Shown: one piece after another, positions 20,861 through 32,212 of the stretch
Layout: the number at the start of each line of letters is the position of its first letter
Numbering within the stretch: the stretch's first letter is position 1
From: Folioceros fuciformis
Lineage: Eukaryota
Length of the DNA stretch: 44,328 nt
Assembly (NCBI GenBank): GCA_049999805.1
Contig: JBNGIO010006370.1
Coordinates: 1-44,328, forward strand
Reading direction: 5' to 3'
Made by a program: the position numbers and the translations under genes
Notes under the pieces: generated by a model
Told to the model about the DNA's origin: nothing
The model's input: only the letters and a program-made list of their open reading frames with translations
Databases searched by the model: none

Positions 20861-23464
20861 TCATGGTCGACCCTTACAACTGCAACAACCAGCTGCAAAT
20901 CGATGCACACGGTAGCCATCCCTGACAACAATGTCTCTTTGCTCAAGCCTGGACATGATCTCCGTGGAGCTGTGGCAATCACTGCACATGCGTAGATTCT
21001 TTGTCACCACCAGAGGTGTCCCACTCGGAGTGTTCAATAGACCGTATGCCAGAGCTAGCTTCTCAGCATGCCCGCAAAGCACATCTTCCTTCTCCTTCTC
21101 GGACAGTGGCTTCAACACCAACTTGGTGTGAGACGTATGGCCTCCTTCCTCTTTCAGACGTGCATTCGTGGTCTCTGCCTTCAGCGCAATGTCATCTCTT
21201 CTTTCTCCCACCGTAAATGTATGCACCTCATTCTTCACCTCAATGCTCGCGACTGCAGGTTTCTTGTTTGCTCCTGCTACCATTCTGTCTGTTTCAATCC
21301 TGTCCACGTCAGTCCACCTGCCTGCATCTGCATAGGCATTGGCCATTAGCACATATGCGGACGCCTGCTGAGGGTCAAGGCCAACCAGGCTTTCAAAACA
21401 CCGCAGTGCCCTTTCTATGTCCCCATGACTTCTGCAGGAATTCAACAAAGAGGTCAAGGCCACAACATTAGTTCGGGCCTCGCATGACAATAGCATTCCC
21501 TCTGCCTCATCTAAATGGCCTGCGCGCCCGAGAAGATCAATCATGCAAGTGTGATGCTCGATCGTGGGCGTGATGCCATGTTGTTCAGCCATGGAATCAA
21601 AGTGCTTGCGACCCGCCTGGACTAGTCCCTCATGACTGCATGCTACTAGAAGGCAGGTAAAACTAGCATGATCAGGCTGAATACCAGCACCTAACATCTC
21701 CTCAAAGCAAGCTAGGGCTCTGTGACCATCATCACATGCACCATACCCAGCTATCAGGGCATTCCATGTTATCACATCCTTAGTGGCCAAGCTGTCAAAA
21801 ACTTGGCGTGCATCTTCCAGTTCACCACATTTTGCATACATGTCCACCAGGAAGTTGCCCAACACAACGTTATCCAGCAGTCCTCGTTCGACTATCTGTG
21901 AGTGCAGCTGCCTGCCCTTCTGCAAGGCACCAGTGCACGCACAGGCCTTCAGAAGGCAAGCAAAAGTCACGTGGTTAGCCAAAGTCAGGCCCTCCTGCTC
22001 CATTCGTCCATACAGAACAAGTGCCTCATGTCCAAGCCCTTTGTGGGAATACCCAGCGATCAGTGCTGTCCATGTCACCACGTCTTTACAGACCAGGCTT
22101 TCAAAAACCTGGCGTGCATCGTCCAGTTCCCCCCATTTGGCATACATGTCCACCAGGCAGGTGCCCACCATTATGTCATTCAACAGTCCCCTTTCCACAA
22201 TCTGTGAGTGCAGCTGCCTGCCCTCCTGTAAGGCACCAGTGTTTGCACAGGCCTTCAGAAGGCAAGCAAAAGTAGCACGATTAGCCACAATCAGACCCTC
22301 CTGCTCCATTCGTTCGTACACAACAAGCGCCTCTCGGGTGAGACCTCGCTGTGCATACCCATCAATCAGCGCCGTCCATGTCACCACATCCTTTTCCGCC
22401 ATGCTTTCAAAAACCTGGCGCGCACCTTTCAGCTCACCACATTTTGCATACATGTCCACGAGGGAGTTGCCAACAAACAAGTTGGTAGGAATGCCACTGT
22501 GCAACACATCCCAGTGCACTTTTCTGCCGGATTCTAAGTCAGCGGCAAATGCACAAGCCTGAAGGGCAGCTACAAAGACGTGAGCATTCGCCCTCACTCC
22601 TGACCTTCGCATCCCATGGTACAGTCGTATGGCTTCTTCAGGCTTACCATGTTTAGCGTAAGCAGATATCATGGAGAACCACATGAAGACATCTGGTTGA
22701 GCCACCCTGGTGAACACATCCATGGCCGCCTGCAGCCTACCTCCAGATGCATACATGCGCAAGATGTGGTTCCCCAAGTATGCATTCGACTCGTACCCAA
22801 GTTTGACAGTGAGGTCATGAACTCGTCTCCCCACAACCAAATCTTTCTTGGCTGCACACAGTTTCAGCACTGTGTAAAACAGAGACCGAGAGATGGCAGA
22901 GTCTGTCTGCACCAGAGATTCCAGGGCTACGACGGCCTCAGAGAGCTTCCCTTGCTGACATAACTTGCTCACGGTTCCAGATGTTACGACGCCCATTTCA
23001 GTTCCTGCACTCCTTTCAGATTGAGGCTGACCCATAGAGCTGGACGTGGAAGGAGAGGCACCGTAATTAATCTGCATGTCCATGGAAACGAGCTGCGCAT
23101 CAACCCAAGCTGGCTTAAACATCCCGTTTAACCACAGAACCTCGCCAGACCCCTTACGCCGGAAGTCAGGCGCACGAGAGCTCGTCTTATCTCGTCTGTT
23201 GTCCCACCACATGGCAGGGTCCATAAAAAACTGTTGCCACAAGTGCTCCTGCTCCTGGCGACGACCATCGCTAGAAACTCCATCTCCACTCACAAATTTT
23301 GTCTCAAGTGGAAATGCTGGGCTCCTCACACTGCTGCACCTGGAGGCTTTGTTTCCAAGGGGTTGACTTCCTAAACCTTGGTGAGCGGAAGATCCTCCTA
23401 AAATTCTTGTACGCACACCAATTTGTTGGCTCAAAAACGGGTTCGGTTGCCATACGGTCACCAT
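20861..23464 (-). CDS. PLS-class PPR-DYW:KP protein (ends ...CKGRP) with an intact N-terminal OSB/PDF-like motif
   Basis: 867-aa ORF. LWQQFFMDPAMWWDNRRDK...PDFRRKGSGEVLWL...PAWV, then PLS repeats, KKPAVASIEV, HAEKLA, CSDCH, GRP. Confidence 0.95.
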   Translation of the reverse strand: MVTVWQPNPFLSQQIGVRTRILGGSSAHQGLGSQPLGNKASRCSSVRSPAFPLETKFVSGDGVSSDGRRQEQEHLWQQFFMDPAMWWDNRRDKTSSRAPDFRRKGSGEVLWLNGMFKPAWVDAQLVSMDMQINYGASPSTSSSMGQPQSERSAGTEMGVVTSGTVSKLCQQGKLSEAVVALESLVQTDSAISRSLFYTVLKLCAAKKDLVVGRRVHDLTVKLGYESNAYLGNHILRMYASGGRLQAAMDVFTRVAQPDVFMWFSMISAYAKHGKPEEAIRLYHGMRRSGVRANAHVFVAALQACAFAADLESGRKVHWDVLHSGIPTNLFVGNSLVDMYAKCGELKGARQVFESMAEKDVVTWTALIDGYAQRGLTREALVVYERMEQEGLIVANRATFACLLKACANTGALQEGRQLHSQIVERGLLNDIMVGTCLVDMYAKWGELDDARQVFESLVCKDVVTWTALIAGYSHKGLGHEALVLYGRMEQEGLTLANHVTFACLLKACACTGALQKGRQLHSQIVERGLLDNVVLGNFLVDMYAKCGELEDARQVFDSLATKDVITWNALIAGYGACDDGHRALACFEEMLGAGIQPDHASFTCLLVACSHEGLVQAGRKHFDSMAEQHGITPTIEHHTCMIDLLGRAGHLDEAEGMLLSCEARTNVVALTSLLNSCRSHGDIERALRCFESLVGLDPQQASAYVLMANAYADAGRWTDVDRIETDRMVAGANKKPAVASIEVKNEVHTFTVGERRDDIALKAETTNARLKEEGGHTSHTKLVLKPLSEKEKEDVLCGHAEKLALAYGLLNTPSGTPLVVTKNLRMCSDCHSSTEIMSRLEQRDIVVRDGYRVHRFAAGCCSCKGRP

Positions 23465-24039
23465 CCTTCAGGGACCCCGTCGGAGGCTTAGTCTAACAAC
23501 AGTCTCCTGCAGGATGTCTGAGAAGGAGAGTGCAGACGACTCAGTGTTGAGTGCCCATGGCGAAAAACACAACACCAAAGGAGTAGAACATGGTCTAAGA
23601 TAGTACAGTTGCCAAATGCCAATGCCTCCGACGGCAGCAGGGCATGGGGCCATCGCGGTGGTCGGAATGGCTTATCGGTGCTGGTGACCAAGGCATGGCA
23701 ACGTCGACCGGGTTGAGCATACATGGCCCATGCTCTGCATAAGCACATTTTGCCCATACACACGTCCTCGCGTGGCCTGATAAGTTTGCCGCTTGGGGGA
23801 GAGCGGCAAACGCCTTGACCGTGCCAGGAGGTGTGAGAAAGGTTTGGAATTCGTCATATCACGCTAAGTTTCCGTTGAAGGAGGAGTAGAGTACCTAGAC
23901 TAACTCGGGGAATGGCAAACACGGCATCAGGTCGGCGAGAAGGCTCCGGCCTGGAGAGTCTAACGTGCGTTGCGAGTGTGAGCTCACGAGCGTTCTCTTC
24001 TTGTTGAGGTGGGAAGAATCGCGGCCGGGGTGAGCAGAG

Positions 24040-25818
24040 ATGCCTGCGTCAAGGCAATTGTGGCGGGCGGTGAGCCGGGGGAAGAGCCTCCGTCACACAT
24101 CTGCTCTGGATGAGTTCCATCCCTGGAGAGTGGTGGCGGCACAGGCTTGTGCTGCCATGGGTGGAGATGGTCGCAGGGAGACGGGCTTATGGAGGAGCAG
24201 GAGCCTCGCATCTTCTGCGCCTTGGGTGTCCTCCTTTTCCACCTGCCCCCCTCTAGTGTCTGCTAGATTTTGCTCTGGGGGTGCTGCCCTGCAAGAGAGT
24301 CCCGACAGTGTGGCATCTTCACCTTCCAAGGTGAAATTGTTCATCGGCGGCGAATTCATCGACTCCCACTCCTCAGAGTGGATCCATGTGGTCAATCCTG
24401 CTACCCAGGAGAGCGTGTCTCAAGCTCCCCTCACCACTTCTGCGGAGTTTGATGCGGCCGTGGCAGCTGCCAAGATGGCTTACCCTAAGTGGAGGGACAC
24501 TCCTGTTACCTCCCGGCAGAGAGTGATGCTCAAGTTCCAGGAGTTGATCCGCCGGGACATGGAGAAGCTGGCAAGGATTGTGACTCTGGAGCAGGGGAAG
24601 ACTCTTGCGGATGCCAGAGGAGACGTGTTCCGAGGGCTGGAAGTGGTAGAGCAGGCGGCAGCCATGGCCAATTTTCAGATGGGGGAGTTTGTGGAGAACG
24701 TGTCTAGCGGAATAGACACGTACAGCATCAGGCAGCCGCTTGGAGTTTGTGCAGGGATCTGCCCTTTCAATTTTCCGGCTATGATTCCGCTGTGGATGTT
24801 CCCCTTTGCAGTCACCTGCGGGAACACATTTATCCTGAAGCCTTCCGAGAAGGATCCAGGGGCTGCCATGCTGCTGGCGGAGCTGGTATCGGAGGCCGGG
24901 CTGCCACCTGGGGTTCTGAATATTGTGCACGGCACTCACGGAGTTGTGGATGCCATTTGCGACCACCCGGACATCAAGGCCATCTCCTTCGTGGGCTCGG
25001 ATGTGGCCGGGATGCACATCTACCAGCGGGCATCTGCCAAGGGGAAGCGTGTGCAGTGCAATATGGGCGCCAAAAACCATGCTGTCATCATGCCGGATGC
25101 TAGCCCGGAGACCACGGTGAATGCCCTTGTAGGAGCTGCGTTCGGCGCCGCTGGGCAGAGGTGCATGGCCATCTCTACTGCCGTGTTCGTAGGTGATTCC
25201 AAGCCCTGGGAAGACAAGCTGAAGGAGAAGGCCAGGTTGCTGAAGGTGACTGCCGGGATGGAGGATGGTGCAGACCTTGGGCCGGTGATCAGCAAGCAAG
25301 CCAAGGAGCGAATCCTGTCCCTCATCGAGAGCGGGGAGAAGCAGGGTGCTAGGGTCGTTCTGGATGGCCGCAACCTTCAAGTGGCTGGCTATGAGAAAGG
25401 CAACTTTATAGGTCCCACCATCCTCGCCGATGTGAAAACTGACATGGCTTGCTATCAGGAGGAGATTTTTGGACCAGTTCTGGTGTGTCTGCAGGTTAGC
25501 AGTCTAGAGGACGCCATCCAGCTTATCAATAACAACAGGTACGGCAATGGCACTGCTATCTTCACCAACTCGGGGGTGGACGCAAGAACCTTTCAGCATG
25601 AGATTGAGGTGGGGCAGGTGGGCATCAACGTGCCCATCCCCGTACCGTTGCCCTTCTTCTCCTTCACGGGATCAAGAGCGTCTTTCGCAGGGGACCTCAA
25701 CTTCTATGGGAAGGCCGGAGTTAACTTTTACACACAGATCAAGACTGTTACGTCCCAATGGAAACAGAAAGAGGGACGAGGAGTAGCGATGGCATTTCCC
25801 ACATCCCAGAAAGTGTGA
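24040..25818 (+). CDS. ALDH6B2: Mitochondrial methylmalonate-semialdehyde dehydrogenase (acylating), ALDH family 6
   Basis: 592-aa [43 protein letters not shown] (catalytic Cys), [16 protein letters not shown]. Arg/Ser-rich N-terminal extension. Confidence 0.95.
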   Translation: MPASRQLWRAVSRGKSLRHTSALDEFHPWRVVAAQACAAMGGDGRRETGLWRSRSLASSAPWVSSFSTCPPLVSARFCSGGAALQESPDSVASSPSKVKLFIGGEFIDSHSSEWIHVVNPATQESVSQAPLTTSAEFDAAVAAAKMAYPKWRDTPVTSRQRVMLKFQELIRRDMEKLARIVTLEQGKTLADARGDVFRGLEVVEQAAAMANFQMGEFVENVSSGIDTYSIRQPLGVCAGICPFNFPAMIPLWMFPFAVTCGNTFILKPSEKDPGAAMLLAELVSEAGLPPGVLNIVHGTHGVVDAICDHPDIKAISFVGSDVAGMHIYQRASAKGKRVQCNMGAKNHAVIMPDASPETTVNALVGAAFGAAGQRCMAISTAVFVGDSKPWEDKLKEKARLLKVTAGMEDGADLGPVISKQAKERILSLIESGEKQGARVVLDGRNLQVAGYEKGNFIGPTILADVKTDMACYQEEIFGPVLVCLQVSSLEDAIQLINNNRYGNGTAIFTNSGVDARTFQHEIEVGQVGINVPIPVPLPFFSFTGSRASFAGDLNFYGKAGVNFYTQIKTVTSQWKQKEGRGVAMAFPTSQKV

Positions 25819-26882
25819 CAGCAATTCCCATAAGTCACCAACCAATGTCGACTGAATCTTCTCTTTACGAGCACTTGATGGAATGAGATTTCCATGTCCC
25901 ATGTATACCGGGCCAGTTGCTTGGACAAGCGGTTTCCTCCCTTGACGAGTACTCCTCAGATGTTACAAAACCAGGCACTTATGGTAAAATTTGCTGTACG
26001 GGAGGAAGATGGAAGTTCAAGCTGAAACTAGTCCTATTCTATGGGGGAAACATCTTACAAGCATGTAAACCGGCCACAGAAAAGCCATGCCTCGGGATTT
26101 GAGATCTCCCTCAGCTTTAGCTTCCCCATCCGTTGCATGTGCCGGTTCCTCGTGTCTACCTCGCCAGTGGCCGTGCGACTTCCACCAACCACGCGGCCAA
26201 GACGGCCAAAAGTAAGGCTTCAGACAACTCTTTTAGAAAGGCCAAGATAATATATATACGAGGACCGAAGTTTGCCACAGACCGAAGTGATCCGCTGGAG
26301 GATTAGTCCCAGACTCCCATCGTTCCCCCCTAAATAGTTTTACACTGGAAGGAAACTTCTTTTATCGCAGGAAACGAAAAGGACAAAATTTACAATCAAT
26401 GTGCAGCCTTAGGGATCTTGAAGACTAGCGAGCTGTGCAAGGACGGCTTGGAAGCAAGACTAGGAGATGCTGGGCAGTAAACCCTAAACCGAAGGTCTAG
26501 AAAGTCAAGCTACTGGATTATGGAAAAGGGTGGAGAGAGGGACATAAACTTCCCAAAGCTATGAGTAGGACACTGGACGATGCTATGTACTGCAACAAAG
26601 TAGTGAAAAGCCACGGATGTATGGACAGTAGCAATAAAACAAGGCAAGCACATGCTAACAATACCGCTGGCACGAAAACTGACGGGGAGGAAGGCACTTC
26701 CATGTAAGCAAAGAAGGAATTTGGGAGTGGTAAAATTGCGGGCAAACTCTTGAACCTTCATTGTGGATTGGATGTTCCAAGCGAATTGGAACAAGCCCAA
26801 TGATGGAGCAAGGGGTGGGAGATGTAACACCAAGCGTACTGTACCGTGGACACGCTTACTCTGCCGCACCTACAACCGTTCG

Positions 26883-27260
26883 GAGGTAGTTATGCTCGCG
26901 GGTGCCCATGATGATAAGTACTTTGGATGCTAATCCGATCGTGAGGTAGTTATGCTCGCGGGTGCCCATGATGATAAGTACTTTGGATGCTAATCCGATC
27001 GTGAGCCGTGTTAGAATACTTGCCGGCTAGCTTCGCCCAGACCGCCGACTCCTGCATGCTATCAGACCAAACGAATTCGAGACTGAAACAAATCAAAGAC
27101 TGAACGAACTCCTGCATGCTATCAAACCAAACAAATTCGAGACTTGAAACAAATCAAACACTGAACGAAAAAAACCAACAGACAAACACACGTCCACGAA
27201 TTCGAGACTGAAACAAATCAAACACTGAACGAAAAAAACCAACAGACAACACGTCCAGCG
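26883..27260. repeat. Local tandem duplications (60 bp x2; ~60-bp GAATTCGAGACTGAAACAAATCAAA units x3)
   Basis: Direct inspection: 26883-27004 is an exact 60-bp doublet; 27047-27257 contains three related units. Confidence 0.85.
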
Positions 27261-27314
27261 AAAGGTCCGTTGGATGGCCCTATAATTTCTTGTATTGCCA
27301 TAGTATAGTCTTTG

Positions 27315-28999
27315 TACTATCCACGGTACCCATCTCGTCCAGCAATGTCTCTCTTTTTAACCTTGGACATGATCTCGGTCGAACTGTGGCAGTCGATGCA
27401 CAGGCGCAGATTCTTGGTTACAGCAAGAGGGTGTGTGCCATTCGAAGTGTTCAAGAGGCCAAACGCTAGAGCTAGCTTCTCAGCAGATAAAAGTAAAAGT
27501 AGTATCGTCAGGCTGAATACCAGAAACTAACATCTCTTCAAGACAAGCTACAGCCTTATGACCTTCACCAAAAGCACCACACCCAACTATCAGAGCACGT
27601 TCCACGTCACGACAGTCTTTGTAGCCCAGCTTTTAAAAACCTAGCATGCAGCTTCAAGTTTGGCACTTTTTGCATACGTCCACCAAGCAGGTTCCCAACA
27701 CGATATTATCCAGCAGTCCTCTTTCAACAATCTGCGACCGAAGCTCTCGGCCCATCTGTAAGGCACCACTGCTTGCACAGGCCTTCAGAAGGCGAGTAAA
27801 AGTAACATGGTTAGCAAAAACCAGGCCGTCTTGCTGCATTTATCTATACAGAGCAAGAACCTCTTGGCCGAGCCATTGCTGTCTGCGCATACCCAGCGAG
27901 CTGTGCATTCCATGTCACCACATCCTTTGAAGCCAAGCTATCAAAAACCCGGCATGCATCTCCGAGCTCACCACATCTTGCGTTTAAGTCCACCAGGCAG
28001 TTTCCAACAAACAGGTCAGGAGGAATGCCACTCTGCAACACATCACAGGTGCACTTTTCTGCCAGACTCTAAGTCGGCGTCAAATGCACAAGCTTGAAGT
28101 GCAGCTACAAAGACGTGGGCATCTGCCTCCACTTCTGACCTCCGCATATCATGGTACGGTCGTACGGCCTCTTCAGGTTTCCCATGCTTGGTGAATGCGG
28201 AGATTATGAAAAACAACATGAATGCGTCTGGTTTGCCGACCCTGGTGAACACAGCCATGGCCTCCTGCAGCCTCCCTCCATATGCATACGTGAGCAGAAC
28301 ATGGTTCTCCAAGTCTGCATTCCACTCTTACCCTAGTTTGACACAAAGGTCATGCACTCGTCGCGCCACAGGCAGATCCTTCTTAGCAGCACCCAGTTTC
28401 AGGACAGTATAGTACAGAGAGTGAGAAACAGCAGAGTCTGTATCCGCCAAAGCCTGCAAGGCTCCAACAGCATCAAGAAGCATCCCCTGCTGACATACAT
28501 CTGCACGGTTCCCCACCCCTCACTCATCCTGCGTGCCTCCCGGGTCCAGTGCTACCAGGAGAGCTCCACTTGGAAGAGGGTGCACCATGACCCAACTGGC
28601 TATCCAAAGAAACGAGGTGCTCATCGACCCAAGCAGGCTTCAGCATGCAGTTTAACCATAGGACCTCGCTAGAACCCTTACGCCGGAAGTCAGGCGAAAG
28701 GGAGCTCTTCTTAACTCGCCTGTTGTCCCACCACAAGGAAGGGTCCAGAAAGAATTGTTCCCACGACTGCTCCGGCTCCTGCTCCTGGCGCACCGTCGCT
28801 GAAACCCACGTTGGCGCCCACACATTTCCCCGGAAGTGGTGGTCCTCGACTCCGCACACTGTTGCAACTGGAGGCTTGGTTGTTTGCGGGGGGTTGACTC
28901 CCTGAGCTGAGCTGGACCTGTTCGTGCATGAGCGGGAGCTCCTCGTGGAATCCCTGTGCACACTACCCACAACAGGTCCAATTCAAACGTAGTGGCCAT
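27315..28999 (-). pseudogene. PPR-DYW:KP pseudogene with frameshifts and an internal deletion
   Basis: ATG at 28999 (MATTFE..). PDF-like WWDNRRVKKSSLSPDFRRKGSSEVLWL. Fragmented PLS ORFs. GIQPDDTTFT jumps directly to AEKLA...NLRLCIDCHSSTEIMS. Confidence 0.9.
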
Positions 29000-29518
29000 C
29001 CTTCAGAGCCTGCGGTCGGTGAAAGAGGCTAGTAGCAAACCAAGGCAGATGGCCAGGTATTGGGCATTGCCACACAACTCTGAAGAAGAATGCAAACGGT
29101 TCATTGTTACATATCGACCAAACACGTCTCGAGACTTTGGGCCGTGAGCCCAGCTTCGTCGCAGGCTGCGACATCGAGCAACCTAGCCTCGTCTAGAGCT
29201 AAAAGGGACAAGCATAGTCAAGTCCTCGTCGAAGGGCACTTGGTAGTCAGTGGGAAGTTGTTTATCTCACGCAGTCTCAAGGCCGAACGCCGGCCAACGA
29301 GACCGAGAGAGTGTGTGTAGCCGATCAAGAACGACAGCTCGCAATACATGGAGGACGTGTGGTTTCCTACGTATGTGCAAGGGGGAGGCCTGCATCGAGA
29401 GCTTACGGCGTTTGGCCTGATCGGTAGTCTGTCTGTGATTGGCTAAAGAATTAGTGCAGATTTTGCCATGTATAGGTAGTTGGTGTCCGCATCATCTTCT
29501 AAGAGCAGTGTGGGTACC

Positions 29519-32212
29519 ATGGCCACGGCGTGGCAAACGGATCCGGTGTGGACCCAACAAATTGGCGACTGTACAGGCATTCTACGAGGAGCCTCTGCTT
29601 ACCTCATGACACCAGGGAACAACCAACTCTCCAGGTGCGGCAGTGTCAGGAACTCAGCCCTTCCAAGTTGGAAAGGATGTGTGCGCGGGGAAGGATTTTT
29701 CAGGGACCGTCGTAGCCAGGAGCAGGAAAATGGGCTCCTGAGGAAACATGTGTTTCAGGACCCTAGCATGTGCTGGGACACTGGGCGAGATAAGCAGGGA
29801 TCCCGTTCACCTGACTTACCGCGTAGGAGGTCCGCCGGCGAGGTGCTCTGGTTACACGCGTACAAGCCGACTTGGGTGGACGAGCATGTACGGGGTCTGG
29901 ATTTGCAGATGGGTCATGGTGCGTCTCCTCCCAAGTCGAGCTATCCGGATAAGCGAGAGCCCGTCAGGCGTGCAGGCTCAGAAAGGGAGGTCTCAAAGAC
30001 TGCAGCCGTGAGCGCATTATGTCAGCAGGGAAAGCTTACGGAGGCCGTTGGGGCCCTGGAGTGTCTGGCGCGCGCGGACTGTTCTATTCCCTCGTCTGTG
30101 TTGTATGATGTGTTAAAACTGTGTACATTGAAGAAGGATTTAGTTGTGGGGAAACGAGTCGATGATCTCATTGTCGCACTTGGATGCGAGTCGAATGCAT
30201 TCTTGGGGAACCATCTCTTGCGCATGTACGCAAGCGGAGGTAGGCTACAAGAGGCCATGGATGTGTTCACCAGGGTGGGCACACCAGATGCCTTCATGTG
30301 GGGTTCCGTAATTTCCGCGTATGCTAAGCATGGGAAACCCAAGGAGGCCATTCAACTTTTCCATCAGATGCGTAGGTCGGGTGTGAAGGCGGATGCTCAC
30401 GTCTTTGCAGCTGCCCTTCAAGCTTGTGCACTGGCTGCCGACTTGGAATCTGGCAGAGGAGTGCACTTGGATGTGTTGCACAGTGGCATTCCACTTAATT
30501 TGTTCCTTGGCACGTGCGTAGTGGACATGTATGCAAAGTGTGGTGAGCTGAGAGATGCACGAAGGGTTTTCGACGGCTTGGCCGCGAAGGATGTGGTGAC
30601 ATGGACTGCCCTGCTTGATGGGTATGCACAAAAAGGGCTCGGCCAAGAGGCACTTTCTCTGTACGAAGAAATGGAGAAAGAGAGCCTGATTTTGGCCAAC
30701 GATGTGACTTTTGCTTGCCTTTTGAAGGCCTGTGCAAGCACCGGTGCCTTGCAGAGGGGGAGACAGCTGCATTCGCAGATTGTGAAAAGAGGACTCCTCA
30801 ATAACACACTAGTTGGCACCTGCCTTGTGGACATGTATGTAAAGTGTGGTGAACTACAAGATGCACGTAAGGTTTTTCAGAGCTTGGGCACAAAAAATGT
30901 GGTGACGTGGACGACCCTTGTCGCTGGGTATGCAAAATGTGGAGCACTGGAAGTTGCACGCCAGGTCTTCGACAGCATGGCCACAAAGGATGTGGTGACA
31001 TGGACGGCCCTTATTGCCGGGTATGCAAGTCATGAGCTCGGTGAAGAGGCACTTGTTCTCCATGGACAAATGGAGCAGGAAGGCCTGGTTGTGGCTGACC
31101 ATGTCACTTTAGCCTCCCTTTTGAGGGCCTGTGCGAGCACTGGTGCCTTACAGACTGGCAGGCAGCTGCACTCACAGATTGTGGAAAGAGGACTCGTAGA
31201 TGACATGCTGGTTGGCACGGGCCTGGTTGACATGTATGCGAAATGTGGTGCCATGGAGTATGCACGCCAAGTTTTTGACCGCTTGGTCTCAAAGGATGTG
31301 GTGACATGGACGGCCCTGATCGCAGGGTATGGTACTTGTGATGATGGTCACAGAGCACTGGCTTGTTTTGAGGAAATGTTAGCCGCCGGTATCCGGCCTG
31401 ATGATGCAACGTTTACTTGCCTTTTAGTGGCATGCAGTCACGAGGGACTGGTACATGAGGGACGCAAGCTCTTTGATTCCATGGCTAAACAGCATGGCAT
31501 TGAACCTAATGTTGAGCATTACAGTTGCATGGTTGATCTTCTTGGGCGTGCGGGCCAGTTAGGTGAGGCAGAGAACCTGCTATTATCATGTGAGGCTCGA
31601 AGAGATGTTGTGGGGTTGACGTCTTTGCTGAACGCCTGCAAAAGTCACGGTGACACAGAGAGGGCAAGGCGATGTTTTGAAGCCCTTGTTCTGCTGGACC
31701 CTCAGCGGACGTCAGCATATGTACTTATGGCCAATGCGTATGCAGACGCAGGTAGGTGGGCCGATGTAGACAGGATCGAAACACAGAGAAGGGTAGCAGG
31801 AGCAAAGAAGAAGCCTGCAGTAGCGAGCATTGAGGTGGAAAAGCAGGTACATAGATTTCTAGTTGGCGAAAGAAGTGAGGATATTGCTCTCAAGGTAGAG
31901 ATCACGAATGCCCGTCTGAAGCAGGAAGGAGGCCACGTCCCCCACACAAAGTTGGTGTTGAAGCCACTGTCTGAGAAGGAAAAGGAAGACGTGCTTTGTG
32001 GGCATGCGGAGAAGCTAGCTCTGGCGTATGGTCTGCTGAACACTCCGAGTGGGACACCTCTGGTAGTAACGAAGAATCTGCGAATGTGCAGTGACTGTCA
32101 CAGTTCCACGGAGATCATGTCGAAGCTTGAAAATAGAGACATTGTTGTAAGGGATGGCTACCGTGTGCATCGGTTTGCCGCTGGTTGCTGCAGTTGTAAG
32201 GGTCGACCGTGA
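29519..32212 (+). CDS. PLS-class PPR-DYW:KP protein (ends ...CKGRP), includes an SS-type motif
   Basis: Frame is open from 29480. ATG 29519 (MATAWQ) matches the paralogue starts. KKPAVASIEV, HAEKLA, CSDCH, GRP. Confidence 0.95.
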   Translation: MATAWQTDPVWTQQIGDCTGILRGASAYLMTPGNNQLSRCGSVRNSALPSWKGCVRGEGFFRDRRSQEQENGLLRKHVFQDPSMCWDTGRDKQGSRSPDLPRRRSAGEVLWLHAYKPTWVDEHVRGLDLQMGHGASPPKSSYPDKREPVRRAGSEREVSKTAAVSALCQQGKLTEAVGALECLARADCSIPSSVLYDVLKLCTLKKDLVVGKRVDDLIVALGCESNAFLGNHLLRMYASGGRLQEAMDVFTRVGTPDAFMWGSVISAYAKHGKPKEAIQLFHQMRRSGVKADAHVFAAALQACALAADLESGRGVHLDVLHSGIPLNLFLGTCVVDMYAKCGELRDARRVFDGLAAKDVVTWTALLDGYAQKGLGQEALSLYEEMEKESLILANDVTFACLLKACASTGALQRGRQLHSQIVKRGLLNNTLVGTCLVDMYVKCGELQDARKVFQSLGTKNVVTWTTLVAGYAKCGALEVARQVFDSMATKDVVTWTALIAGYASHELGEEALVLHGQMEQEGLVVADHVTLASLLRACASTGALQTGRQLHSQIVERGLVDDMLVGTGLVDMYAKCGAMEYARQVFDRLVSKDVVTWTALIAGYGTCDDGHRALACFEEMLAAGIRPDDATFTCLLVACSHEGLVHEGRKLFDSMAKQHGIEPNVEHYSCMVDLLGRAGQLGEAENLLLSCEARRDVVGLTSLLNACKSHGDTERARRCFEALVLLDPQRTSAYVLMANAYADAGRWADVDRIETQRRVAGAKKKPAVASIEVEKQVHRFLVGERSEDIALKVEITNARLKQEGGHVPHTKLVLKPLSEKEKEDVLCGHAEKLALAYGLLNTPSGTPLVVTKNLRMCSDCHSSTEIMSKLENRDIVVRDGYRVHRFAAGCCSCKGRP

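Noticed and set aside
21783-25380. Long antisense ORFs (259 aa and 335 aa) and similar ones opposite other PPR genes
   Set aside because: Shadow ORFs caused by codon bias of the real genes on the opposite strand.
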